A DNA stretch of 50,505 bases from Terrimicrobiaceae bacterium (GCA_041752695.1 JBGSVZ010000034.1:1-50505), one strand, 5' to 3'. Positions 38,168-47,421 are shown, counted from the first letter of the stretch. Made by a program: numbers and translations. The notes: generated by a model from the letters alone, not told the origin.

Positions 38168-39100
38168 TTAATGCTCATCCGCATGGGTCACTTCCGCAAA
38201 GACCTCCTCCAGGGTTGCGCCGCGCATACTGAGTTCGCGCAGCGGCCATTTTTCCGCCACGGCCAGCTCGTGAATGCGTTCGCGCGGATCGCCCTCGACC
38301 GCCAGTTGGAAGCGGATCCACTCGCCCACCTGGTGATGGGAGACGTCTTTCACGCCGGTGAGAGAGCGGAATTTCGCCACGGCGGCCTTGATGTTTTCGA
38401 CCTTGGCCTCCACCGCGGTCTCGCCACTGGAGGCCAGCCGGGAGCGCAGGTTTTCCGGCGTGTCCATCGCCTCAATCCGGCCGCGATTAATGATGATGAC
38501 CCTCGAACAGGTCATCTCCACTTCCGGCAGGATGTGGGTGGAAATCAAAATCGTGTGATGACGGCGGAGGTTTTTAATCAGTTCCCGGACCTGACGAATC
38601 TGGTTCGGGTCGAGGCCGATCGTCGGCTCGTCGAGGATGAGCAACTCCGGTTCGTGGATCATGGCATCGGCCAGGCCCACCCGCTGACGGTAGCCTTTGG
38701 ACAGGGCACCGATGAGTTTGCGGTTTACGTCCTCGAGCCCGCAGAGATCACAGACATCGGTCACGCGTTCCTTCACGCGGCGCCCGGGCACGCCTTTGAG
38801 CGCGGCGCGAAAACGCAGGTATTCGTTGACCCTCATGTCGGCGGGAAGGGGGACGTTCTCCGGCATGTAACCGATGTGTTCGCGGGCCCGGAGCGAGTCC
38901 GAGAAGATATCACAACCCGCAATCTCCGCCCGGCCTGAGGTGGGGGGGAGATAACACGACAACATCCGCATGGTCGTGCTCTTTCCCGCACCGTTCGGCC
39001 CGAGAAACCCCACAATTTCCCCCTTGGTCACGTGAAAGTCGATGCCGTCCACCGCAGTGACACTGCCATAACGTTTGGTGAGGTTTTCGACTTTGATCAT
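38168..39100 (-). CDS. ABC transporter ATP-binding protein (GldA-like)
   Basis: GPNGAGKST, LSKGYRQRVGLA, LDEPTIGLDP, STHIL. Confidence 0.93.
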   Translation of the reverse strand: MIKVENLTKRYGSVTAVDGIDFHVTKGEIVGFLGPNGAGKSTTMRMLSCYLPPTSGRAEIAGCDIFSDSLRAREHIGYMPENVPLPADMRVNEYLRFRAALKGVPGRRVKERVTDVCDLCGLEDVNRKLIGALSKGYRQRVGLADAMIHEPELLILDEPTIGLDPNQIRQVRELIKNLRRHHTILISTHILPEVEMTCSRVIIINRGRIEAMDTPENLRSRLASSGETAVEAKVENIKAAVAKFRSLTGVKDVSHHQVGEWIRFQLAVEGDPRERIHELAVAEKWPLRELSMRGATLEEVFAEVTHADEH

Positions 39101-39189
39101 TACGTGGGACGGACCGGGTAAGAGTAAGCGGGTCAGAATAGAGCAGTTCCCCGCCTCGGTGCAATCGGGAACGCCTTTCGGGTATTTTC

Positions 39190-39234
39190 TTGACGGTCCT
39201 ACAAGTGTAAGGGTATTTGTCCTACATCTGTAAG
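39190..39234 (+). promoter_or_regulatory. blaI promoter with two BlaI/CopY-type operators (TACA-N2-TGTA)
   Basis: TTGACG at 39190-39195; GTCCTACAagTGTAAG (39196-39211) and GTCCTACAtcTGTAAG (39219-39234), period 23 bp. Confidence 0.85.
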
Positions 39235-39236
39235 AA

Positions 39237-39620
39237 ATGAAATCACCAAGTATTTCTGAAAGCGAATGGCTCGTGGCCTCCGTGGTCTGGGCTTCTGAGG
39301 GGCTGACTGCGACGGAAATCGCGGGGCGGCTGGCCGGCCGGACGCGCTGGAAGCTTAAGACAGTGAACACTTTTTTAACCCGCCTGGTGGCCAAGGGCGT
39401 GCTGGTGGCGGATCGCGACGGGAGGGCGTTTCGCTATTCCGCAAAAATTCCTAGGGAACGCTGTGTCCGGGCGGAGAGCGAATCGTTCCTCCGAAGGGTT
39501 TTCGGCGGAGCCGCCGCACCGATGCTGGCCCATTTTTGCGAGACGGCGGATCTTTCGGAGGACGAAATCGCCAGTCTGCGGAAGATTTTGAACCGCAAAA
39601 CCAAAGGGGGAAACGGATGA
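39237..39620 (+). CDS. BlaI/MecI/CopY family transcriptional repressor
   Basis: ISESEW...W, W..KTVNTFLTRLVAKG, GRAFRY, SFLRRVFGG...LAHF. Confidence 0.93.
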   Translation: MKSPSISESEWLVASVVWASEGLTATEIAGRLAGRTRWKLKTVNTFLTRLVAKGVLVADRDGRAFRYSAKIPRERCVRAESESFLRRVFGGAAAPMLAHFCETADLSEDEIASLRKILNRKTKGGNG

Positions 39621-40414
39621 TCATCCGGTGGTTTTTTGTCTGTCTGGCGGGGCTATTTGCGGGGGTAAACCTCTGGGCGGAAGGTGCAACGACTCCCCGC
39701 ATGGTGGAGGTGGAAGCCCGCTTTGTGGAGGCCACGGAGGCGCAGATGAACGCGGCTTATTTGGCGTTGAACGCGGCCAATCCCGCTCACAGCGCCGAAC
39801 CGCCGGCGGGGATTGACTGGCACCCGGAACCGGAAGGCATTTTTGCCATTCTGGGAATTTTCACCGGGGAACAGACCCGAAAGATCCTCGACGGACTGAA
39901 GTCCCAAAAGGCCCGTGTCGTGAGCAACCCGCGGGTGGTCACTCTCAGCGGCCATCGGGCGCGGGTCGAAAATGTGAGGGAACTTCGCTATCCCACGGAA
40001 TTTTCCAATCCGACCAAGGAACCGGGCCGGACGGTGCCGACGGCTTTCGAAACGAAGAATGTCGGAATCACTTTGGAGGTTGAGCCAAACCTGCAGCCTG
40101 GCGGCGAAATCCACCTCAGGGTGAGCCCGAGTATTGTGACTTTTTTGGGATTTATTGATTACTCGTCCGGAGAACCAGGCCTCGACTTTGCGAAGCCTAC
40201 CCTTGCCGAAGAGATCCTCAAACGTCCCTTGAAGGGGGGCGGCGTCTGGCAACCGGTCTTTAAAACCCGTCAGCTCACGACGGAAGTCACCCTTTATTCC
40301 GGTCAAACGATCTTGATGGCCGCGCGTTGGGGGGATCCCGATGCGAAAAAAACCCAAGCGCGGGCCGCGCAGTATTTCGCCTTCATCACTGCTCGCGAAG
40401 TTCCCGGGAAATGA
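39617..40414 (+). CDS. Signal-peptide protein consisting only of a secretin (type II/III secretion) core domain
   Basis: VEVEARFVE, GIDW, SNPRVVTLSG, RYPTEF, FETKNVGITLEVEP, QPVFKTR...SGQT, FITAR; ATGA overlap with blaI. Confidence 0.75.
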   Translation: MIIRWFFVCLAGLFAGVNLWAEGATTPRMVEVEARFVEATEAQMNAAYLALNAANPAHSAEPPAGIDWHPEPEGIFAILGIFTGEQTRKILDGLKSQKARVVSNPRVVTLSGHRARVENVRELRYPTEFSNPTKEPGRTVPTAFETKNVGITLEVEPNLQPGGEIHLRVSPSIVTFLGFIDYSSGEPGLDFAKPTLAEEILKRPLKGGGVWQPVFKTRQLTTEVTLYSGQTILMAARWGDPDAKKTQARAAQYFAFITAREVPGK

Positions 40415-42153
40415 GCGCTTTTCTGCAATGGCTCTGTGGCGCAACCACCGCGGGAACGGTGGCGGTTCTTCTCACGCTCTTTGCCATTCCCGCAATTCGC
40501 CGGGTTTGGGGAGCCCGGGCCGCACAATGCCTGTGGGTCTTTCCGCTGCTGATTCTCTTGGTACCGTGGCCACGGGAGTCGCCCGTCGGGGTTTTGCCTT
40601 CCGCGGTCAACCTGCCCGCCGTTGTTGTCAGTGTGGTCGTTCCGACGGTCTCCGCGGCTCCCCCGGAGGCGGTGGCACGCCCGGACCAGCGTCATCGGGC
40701 GTCTATCCCATGGGTCTTTGTGATCTGGGCCACCGGATTCGTCGCGAGTCTGGTCTTCCTGGTGTTTCGGGCCGTCGGTGCGGGCCTGCTGGTCCGAAGG
40801 AGCCGGGACATTAGCGCAAGTGCAGCGGTGCAAAAGGCCCTGGCGGATCTTGGTTTTCCGCGGCGCGTGCAGATCCGCGAAACCCCGGACCTTCTCAGTC
40901 CGGCGGTTTGTGGATGGTGGCGGCCGGTTATTCTGCTCCCTCCGGGCTGGGCGGAGATTGCCGAGCCTGACGAATTGCGGTGGGTGCTGCTGCATGAGAT
41001 TGGCCACATTCGCCGGGGGGATCTTCTGTGGCGTTGGGTTTTCCAGTTCGCCCGGACCGTCCATTGGTTCAATCCCGTCGTCTGGCTGGCGAACGGAATG
41101 GCCCGGCGGGACCAAGAAATGGCCTGCGACGCTTGGGTGCTTGACCAAAGAAACAATTTTTCCGGCGTTTCCTACGGGGAGGTTATCCTCCGAATGGCCG
41201 GACGGCTGGGAGTTCCGCAGCTCTCTTCCCCGGCGCACGCCGGGATGGCGGAGGGACGCCATGGGCTGAGCTTGCGCATCCGGCATCTGGCCCAGGCCCG
41301 GCCGCACGGCATGGGAGCCTCCCTCGCCGCTCTGTCTCTCGGGGCCCTTGCGACCCTGCTCCTCGCGCCAGCTTCAGCGGGTCCGGTGCCAGCCCAGGCC
41401 ACGCCTGTTCCCTCCAACCCGGATATGGCCAGGAAACAGTCGGTGGAGGTCGAAACCAAGTTGGTGGAACTCTCGACTGAGATGGCCGAACAGGTCTTTT
41501 CCAACCGGCCGGGGGAAAATCAAACGATTCTCGACCAGAATGAAATGCTGGGCCTTCTGCGAAGCCTGAACGATCAAAAAGGCACGGATATGATGTCCGC
41601 TCCCAAGGTAACGACACTTTCGGGACAGCGGGCCGTGATTCAAATCGTCCGCGAATTCCGCTATCCCACCGCCTTTGAAGCGCAGTCGGGAAAAAACGCT
41701 CCACCCACGCCCAAGGATTTCGAGACGAGAAACGTCGGGATCACTCTTGAGGTGGAGCCGACGGTGATGCCGGACGGACAGATCGTTTGCTCCCTGACCC
41801 CCGAGATCGTGGAATTCGTGGGGTTCATCAACTACGGAGCGAACCGTCCCGCCAGACCCTCCCTCGAAGGTGACGCTATGGAAGCCGTGCTTGCCCCGGT
41901 CAGCGAGAGCGGCCAGGCGATCAATCAACCCGTCTTTGAAACCCGCCGGATCCAGACCTCCGTGGCGCTGCGTTCGGGACAGACGGTTGTGTTCGGTGGC
42001 CTCACTCGCGAGGACAAGCAAACGATTTCCAGCGAGACGGACGGCAAAATCGAAACCAAGGAGGTCGGAATAAGGCGGACCCTCTACATTTTTGTCACGG
42101 CCAGGCTTTTGGAATCTGAGGGAAAACAAGCGGAGCCGGTGCGCTCAAAGTGA
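40411..42153 (+). CDS. BlaR1-type peptidase M56 fused to a C-terminal secretin-like domain
   Basis: N-terminal TMs, SPAVCGWWRPVILLP, HEIGH, HWFNPVVW, EMACD; C-terminal SAPKVTTLSGQRA...FETRNVGITLEVEP...QPVFETRR...SGQTVVFGGL...LYIFVTA. Confidence 0.88.
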   Translation: MSAFLQWLCGATTAGTVAVLLTLFAIPAIRRVWGARAAQCLWVFPLLILLVPWPRESPVGVLPSAVNLPAVVVSVVVPTVSAAPPEAVARPDQRHRASIPWVFVIWATGFVASLVFLVFRAVGAGLLVRRSRDISASAAVQKALADLGFPRRVQIRETPDLLSPAVCGWWRPVILLPPGWAEIAEPDELRWVLLHEIGHIRRGDLLWRWVFQFARTVHWFNPVVWLANGMARRDQEMACDAWVLDQRNNFSGVSYGEVILRMAGRLGVPQLSSPAHAGMAEGRHGLSLRIRHLAQARPHGMGASLAALSLGALATLLLAPASAGPVPAQATPVPSNPDMARKQSVEVETKLVELSTEMAEQVFSNRPGENQTILDQNEMLGLLRSLNDQKGTDMMSAPKVTTLSGQRAVIQIVREFRYPTAFEAQSGKNAPPTPKDFETRNVGITLEVEPTVMPDGQIVCSLTPEIVEFVGFINYGANRPARPSLEGDAMEAVLAPVSESGQAINQPVFETRRIQTSVALRSGQTVVFGGLTREDKQTISSETDGKIETKEVGIRRTLYIFVTARLLESEGKQAEPVRSK

Positions 42154-42213
42154 GAAAACTCCCATAGACAAATCTCCCGGCCTCGCGCGTCATAGTGGTG
42201 ACAACCACCCCGA

Positions 42214-42702
42214 ATGGACCTGCGAGAACTCTATGATGACCACGCCCAGGCGCTTTTTGCGTTTGTGCTGCATCTTTCGCGCAGCGAGGCCGACACGCGG
42301 GACATTCTTCAGGAGATCTTTTGCCGTCTGGCCCGGGATCCCTCAGTCGGCGGTAAATTGGCGAATCCGCGGGCTTATCTCTTCCAGTGCGCCTACCGGC
42401 TGTTTTTAGATCTTTGCCGGACGAGGGCGACGCGGGAAAACCATGCGTCGCAGTGTGAGCCGGTTTTTCAAGATCCCGCGGATCCTGACGAAATCGGCTT
42501 TCAACACGCGTTGTTGGACGCAATGAACCAATTGCCCGCTGAACAGCAGGCCGTTGTTCACTTGAAACTCTGGCAGGGGCAGACTTTTGAGGAGATCGCC
42601 GCGTCTCTCGGTCTGTCGGCCAACACGGCTGCCAGTCGGTATCGGTATGGTCTGGAAAAATTACGGATGCTACTGCGTCCCATCTATGAGGAGATCCGAT
42701 GA
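42214..42702 (+). CDS. ECF RNA polymerase sigma factor (sigma-70 family)
   Basis: DILQEIF, AYLFQCAYR...DL; region 4 LP.EQ..VVHLKLW...TFEEIA..LG...NTAASRYRYGLEKLR. Confidence 0.93.
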   Translation: MDLRELYDDHAQALFAFVLHLSRSEADTRDILQEIFCRLARDPSVGGKLANPRAYLFQCAYRLFLDLCRTRATRENHASQCEPVFQDPADPDEIGFQHALLDAMNQLPAEQQAVVHLKLWQGQTFEEIAASLGLSANTAASRYRYGLEKLRMLLRPIYEEIR

Positions 42703-43079
42703 CTGATTTTGAAAGCCACCTCCGCCGGGCCGTCGTCCGGCCTGTGCCGCTGCATTGGCGGGAGGAAATCCTTGCGGCGGCGGAAAAAGGCCGGCCCGAG
42801 CCTGCGGCTTCGGGGATCGTTGCGTGTTGTATCGCGGTGCGAGCTTGGCTCTGGCCGCACCCGGCGGTTTGGGCCGCGCTGGCGGCGTGCTGGGTTTTGA
42901 CCGGCATACTTTGTTTATCCGCTCCGCGAGGTGCGGCGTTGTATGCGGTGACGCCGCCGGGCGTGAAGCCCTTGCGTGTTACCCCGGGGCACTATGCGGT
43001 TTACCTCATGGCGCGTGATGCTTTGCTCGCGCAACCATCGCGAGGGGAACCCGAACCCTTGAACCGTCGAAAGCTATGA
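42699..43079 (+). CDS. Putative membrane anti-sigma factor
   Basis: ATGA overlap with the ECF gene; short cytoplasmic N-terminus (FESHLRR...WREEILAAA) and a TM segment (WLWPHPAVWAALAACW). Confidence 0.65.
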   Translation: MTDFESHLRRAVVRPVPLHWREEILAAAEKGRPEPAASGIVACCIAVRAWLWPHPAVWAALAACWVLTGILCLSAPRGAALYAVTPPGVKPLRVTPGHYAVYLMARDALLAQPSRGEPEPLNRRKL

Positions 43080-44566
43080 CCAACCAACCTCGCAAACGCC
43101 GTTGGTGGAAAACCGCTCTCAAGGCGACGCTTTTCCTGTTTGTCCTCGCGCTGACTCTCTGTGTCTTGGCCGCGGCGACCTTGTCGTTCCTGGGCCGTCG
43201 CGATTGGGCTCGGGTGAAGGAGGAGTTGACGGCCCGTGGTGAGCCGCTGTCGCTGGCCGAGCTGCAATCGCCGCCCATTCCCGATGAGCAGAACTTTTTC
43301 GCGGATCCGATGTGGATGGAATTGGCGGATTTGGTGGATGGCGAGGTCGAGTACGAAGGGCGAAAATTTCCTGAAAAACAAATCCGCCTCCCCAAAGGAA
43401 AACGGCAGCTTGACGGACTTGACCGGGCCTTGACTCCCGAAGAGCGCGAAGCGCTACGCGTCGCATTTCCCGACTTCGCTGTTCCAGACGATGCAAGGAT
43501 TTCCAATTTAGTGCGGGAAGCTTACAGAGCGGGGAAAAAAGCAGACCATCCTGCCCGACGGCGTGCGGCAGAATTTATTCTCGCGGTGCTGACCCAAATC
43601 AGGCCTGTGCTCTCGAGGCTCGAAGAGCTGGCACAAAGGCCCGGTGCTTGGTTTCCTCCCGCCCTACCGGGAGAAATTCCGCTGGAGGGACACATGAGAT
43701 ACCTCATGACCTACAGCCAACTCCTGCAGGCCCAAGTCTGGGCGGAGCTGACCGTGGGAGACCATGAATCGGCTGCTCGCAATCTGGCTGCCTTCCTTCA
43801 TCTGCCCGATAGGCTCGCGGGCGATCCTTTGATGATTTCCCTGTTGATTCGTGTTGCCAATAAAGAGCTTGCGCTGGACGCAGCGGAAGTGGCGCTGCGA
43901 ACTCCAGGCTGGACGGACGCGCAGCTGGAAGAGATTCAGGGAGCTCTGACGGGACCGGACCTTTTTGCCGGCATGGCTGGCTCGTTGCGAGGGGAACGGG
44001 GGTTTGTTAATGGAGTTTTCGAAGAATTGAGTCGAAAGGAAACCGACCGATCGTCGGTTTTTGCCGCTTGGTCCGGTCCGTTGCCCCAGCTTTACCTGGG
44101 GATTTTCGGCGCAGGGGAGTCGGCCCGCCGAAATACAATTTTTCAAAATTGGATTGATGTTCTGGACGCCGCCCCTCAACAGGGGCTCAATGCTCGCACA
44201 TTTGCCGTCTTCCATCGGGACCTGAACGCGTTGAAGCAAAACACCTGGAATCGTATCCGTTTCCGTGTCACTGCCTTTGGTGTTCCGAACTTGGAAAACA
44301 CTGCCAAAAAATGCGCCCTCCTCGAGGATAAGGTCCGGCAAATCCGCACCGTCTGTGCTTTGAAGCGCTATCGGCTAAAGCAGGGGGAATACCCTGGAGG
44401 GCTTGCCGATTTAGTGCCGAAATATCTTCCGCTGATTCCGGTGGACGCGGCGACCTTGCAACCCCTTCACTATCGAAAAAACGACGGCGGCTTCCTCCTC
44501 TGGACCCCCGGTTGGAATGAGAAGGACGAGGGTGGGGGCGGTGATGATTGGGCCTGGAAGCAGTAA
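43076..44566 (+). CDS. Membrane-anchored hypothetical protein with GspG/pilin-like C-terminal motif
   Basis: Basic N-terminus plus TM; C-terminal ALKRYRLKQGEYP..LADLVPKYL..IPVD...PLHY...WTPGWNEKDEGG; ATGA overlap. Confidence 0.7.
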   Translation: MTNQPRKRRWWKTALKATLFLFVLALTLCVLAAATLSFLGRRDWARVKEELTARGEPLSLAELQSPPIPDEQNFFADPMWMELADLVDGEVEYEGRKFPEKQIRLPKGKRQLDGLDRALTPEEREALRVAFPDFAVPDDARISNLVREAYRAGKKADHPARRRAAEFILAVLTQIRPVLSRLEELAQRPGAWFPPALPGEIPLEGHMRYLMTYSQLLQAQVWAELTVGDHESAARNLAAFLHLPDRLAGDPLMISLLIRVANKELALDAAEVALRTPGWTDAQLEEIQGALTGPDLFAGMAGSLRGERGFVNGVFEELSRKETDRSSVFAAWSGPLPQLYLGIFGAGESARRNTIFQNWIDVLDAAPQQGLNARTFAVFHRDLNALKQNTWNRIRFRVTAFGVPNLENTAKKCALLEDKVRQIRTVCALKRYRLKQGEYPGGLADLVPKYLPLIPVDAATLQPLHYRKNDGGFLLWTPGWNEKDEGGGGDDWAWKQ

Positions 44567-44624
44567 CCCGTGGAAAGGCACTTGCGGAGGGGGCGGGATT
44601 GCGTCATGAATAAGTCGTACTTAT

Positions 44625-44654
44625 GACGGCCCGTCTCGGCGTGCCGTCTTTTTT
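44625..44654 (+). terminator. Possible intrinsic terminator or attenuator between the ECF operon and sucA
   Basis: GACGGC...GCCGTC stem followed by TTTTTT, 16 nt before the sucA ATG. Confidence 0.45.
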
Positions 44655-44670
44655 AATCCGCATAGACCTG

Positions 44671-47421
44671 ATGAACAGCACGTTTACCGCCCGCTGGAGC
44701 GAGGCGTTGATAGATGAAAATTACGAGCGCTGGCTCGCGAATCCGCGGTCCGTGGACCCGGAGTGGGCGGCTTTTTTCGACGGGTTTGAGCTGGGGAGTG
44801 TCAAAAGCGGGGCGGGAAGCGACGGCGAACACGGTGCGATGCTGCCGGCCGGGCAGGATATTCATTTTCAAACGCGGGTCGAAGGGCTGGTGTACGCCTA
44901 CCGGACACTCGGGCATTCGATTGCCGAACTGGATCCGCTGGATCTGCTGAAGCGGGAAAATCCCCGGCTGTCCCTCAAAGAATTTGGGCTGGAGGAGAAG
45001 GATCTGGATGCCGTGGTTTCCTCGCGGTTTTTCCGCGATGGGACGAAGATGACACTGCGGGAGCTGATCCTGGAATTGGAACGCATCTATTGCGGGACGG
45101 TCGGTGCCGAATTTATGCACATTCAGGATCCGCGGATTCGGAACTGGGTGCTGACCAAGCTGGAAAATCGCGACAAAACTCTGCGGGGGAATCCGTCCCT
45201 GCACCGTGACATCCTCCGCAAGCTGTATGAGGCGGAGACTTTTGAAAATTTCCTTCACACGAAATACGGCGGCAAGCGTTTCTCCCTGGAGGGCGGCGAG
45301 TCGTTGATTCTTGCGCTCGAAACCATCGTGCAGGACAGCGAGAAGCGGGGGGTGAAGGAGCTCGTGATGGGCATGGCCCACCGCGGGCGGCTCAACGTCT
45401 TGGCCAACATTCTCAACAAGCCGCTGGACGTGATTTTTAATGAGTTTCAGGGGAATTTTGCCCCGGACTCCGTCGGTGGAAATGGGGATGTGAAATACCA
45501 TCTCGGGTTCCGCAATGTGCGCAAGACGGGGAAAAATGCGTACGAGGTGAGTATTCATCTTGCCGCCAACCCGAGTCACCTTGAGGCCGTCGATCCCGTG
45601 GTGCAGGGGAAGGCCCGGGCGCGTCAGCGGATTCTTGACGACACCGCCTACCGCAAAAAAGTCATTCCAATCCTCATCCACGGCGATGCGGCGTTCATCG
45701 GCCAGGGCGTGGTGCAGGAGGTCTTCAACATGTCGCAGCTGCCCGGCTATTGCACGGGCGGCACGTTGCATTTCATCGTCAACAACCAGATCGGTTTCAC
45801 CACGCTGCCGGCGGACGCGCGGTCCACGGAATATTGCACGGACATCGCCAAGATGATCGAGGCGCCGATTTTCCATGTGAACGGCGAGGATCCGGTTGCC
45901 GTGATGGAGATTGCCCGCATCGCCTTGGAGTTCCGGCAGGAGTTTGGCCGCGACGTGGTGGTGGACATCTATTGTTATCGCCGTCACGGGCACAACGAAG
46001 GCGACGAACCAGCGTTCACCCAGCCCTTGTTGTATAGCAAAATCAAGGCGCACCCGCTGCCCAGCGAAGTCTTTTTTGAACACATCAAGCCCCTTGGCAC
46101 GGTGAACGCGGAAGACGCGGCTGCCATCATGGCGGAGTCTCTCAAGGAATTGGACGACGCCCTGGCCCTGGTGAAGGCCTCGGAGGCCGACAAGGACAAA
46201 AAATCGGAATTCGCCGGTTCAACCGCGATTTTCCAGCCTCCGTATTCCCACGAACCTGCGGAGACGGCCATCTCTGAGGAAACCCTGGAGAAGATTGTCA
46301 AAACTCTGACCTCCGTGCCGGACGATTTCCGCGTGCTGCCGAAAATCAAACGCATCCTGCTGGAACGCCGCCTGCAAATCTGGAAGGCCGGCGCGCCGTA
46401 TAATTGGGCGTTCGCCGAAGCTCTGGCCTTCGGATCCTTGCTTTTGGAGGGAACTCCCGTCCGCCTCTCGGGTCAGGACAGCCGGCGCGGGACGTTCAGC
46501 CACCGGCACAGCGTTCTTTACGACGAAAAAAACCGCCAGCGTTACATCCCGCTGAACCATCTGAAGGGAGCCCAGGCGAAGTTTTGCGTGTATAACAGCC
46601 CGCTCTCCGAATATGCCGTGCTCGGTTTCGACTATGGCTACTCGATGGATTTTCCCTCGATGCTTTGTCTCTGGGAGGCGCAGTTTGGGGATTTTGCGAA
46701 CGGCGCGCAGATCATCATCGACCAGTTCATCGCCGCCTCGGAATCCAAATGGCGGAGGCCGAGTTCCATTGTCATGTTGCTTCCCCACGGCTACGAAGGC
46801 CAGGGGCCCGAACACTCCAGCGCGCGTTTGGAGCGGTTCCTCCAGCTCTGTGCCGAGGATAACATGCAGGTCTGCAACCTCACGACGCCCGCGCAGTATT
46901 TCCACGTGCTGCGCCGCCAGATTCACCGGGGCTACCGCAAGCCTCTGATCATGATGACCCCCAAAAGTCTGCTCACACACGATCAGGCGGTGTCGAAGAC
47001 GGAGGATTTCACGAAGTCCCGGTTCTACGAAATTCTCGCCGACACGGAAGCGGATCCCAAGAAAGTCGAGCGCGTCATTTTCTGCTCCGGCAAGGTCTAT
47101 TACGACCTTCTGAAGTACCGCCAGGAGAACGCCCGCACCGACCAGGCGGCGATCATCCGGATCGAGCAAATTTATCCCCTGAATGTGGAGAAAATCAAAC
47201 GGCTTACCAAATCTTACACCAAGGCGAAAAAGTTTGTCTGGTGTCAGGAAGAGCCGGAAAACATGGGCGCCTGGACCTTTTTGTTGCCCCGCCTGCTGAA
47301 CATCTTTCCCGGCTACATCCATTATGCCGGGCGTCCCGCCAGCGCCAGCACGGCGGCGGGATCCATGCAGGTGCATAACGCCCAGCAAGCCACATTGGTC
47401 AAACGGGCCTTTGAAGCGTGA
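44671..47421 (+). CDS. sucA: 2-oxoglutarate dehydrogenase E1
   Basis: KRFSLEG, GMAHRGRLN, GDVKYHLG, NPSHLE, HGDAA, RRHGHNE, WEAQFGDF, GQGPEHSSAR. Confidence 0.97.
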   Translation: MNSTFTARWSEALIDENYERWLANPRSVDPEWAAFFDGFELGSVKSGAGSDGEHGAMLPAGQDIHFQTRVEGLVYAYRTLGHSIAELDPLDLLKRENPRLSLKEFGLEEKDLDAVVSSRFFRDGTKMTLRELILELERIYCGTVGAEFMHIQDPRIRNWVLTKLENRDKTLRGNPSLHRDILRKLYEAETFENFLHTKYGGKRFSLEGGESLILALETIVQDSEKRGVKELVMGMAHRGRLNVLANILNKPLDVIFNEFQGNFAPDSVGGNGDVKYHLGFRNVRKTGKNAYEVSIHLAANPSHLEAVDPVVQGKARARQRILDDTAYRKKVIPILIHGDAAFIGQGVVQEVFNMSQLPGYCTGGTLHFIVNNQIGFTTLPADARSTEYCTDIAKMIEAPIFHVNGEDPVAVMEIARIALEFRQEFGRDVVVDIYCYRRHGHNEGDEPAFTQPLLYSKIKAHPLPSEVFFEHIKPLGTVNAEDAAAIMAESLKELDDALALVKASEADKDKKSEFAGSTAIFQPPYSHEPAETAISEETLEKIVKTLTSVPDDFRVLPKIKRILLERRLQIWKAGAPYNWAFAEALAFGSLLLEGTPVRLSGQDSRRGTFSHRHSVLYDEKNRQRYIPLNHLKGAQAKFCVYNSPLSEYAVLGFDYGYSMDFPSMLCLWEAQFGDFANGAQIIIDQFIAASESKWRRPSSIVMLLPHGYEGQGPEHSSARLERFLQLCAEDNMQVCNLTTPAQYFHVLRRQIHRGYRKPLIMMTPKSLLTHDQAVSKTEDFTKSRFYEILADTEADPKKVERVIFCSGKVYYDLLKYRQENARTDQAAIIRIEQIYPLNVEKIKRLTKSYTKAKKFVWCQEEPENMGAWTFLLPRLLNIFPGYIHYAGRPASASTAAGSMQVHNAQQATLVKRAFEA

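Noticed and set aside
39617..42153. A complete type II secretion or type IV pilus system, or a beta-lactam resistance locus
   Set aside because: No assembly ATPase, platform protein, prepilin-motif genes, beta-lactamase or penicillin-binding domain in the window.
45259..45285. SucA TKYGGKRF, apparently one residue shorter than the usual KY.G.KRF spacing
   Set aside because: In-frame and minor; significance cannot be judged without an alignment.
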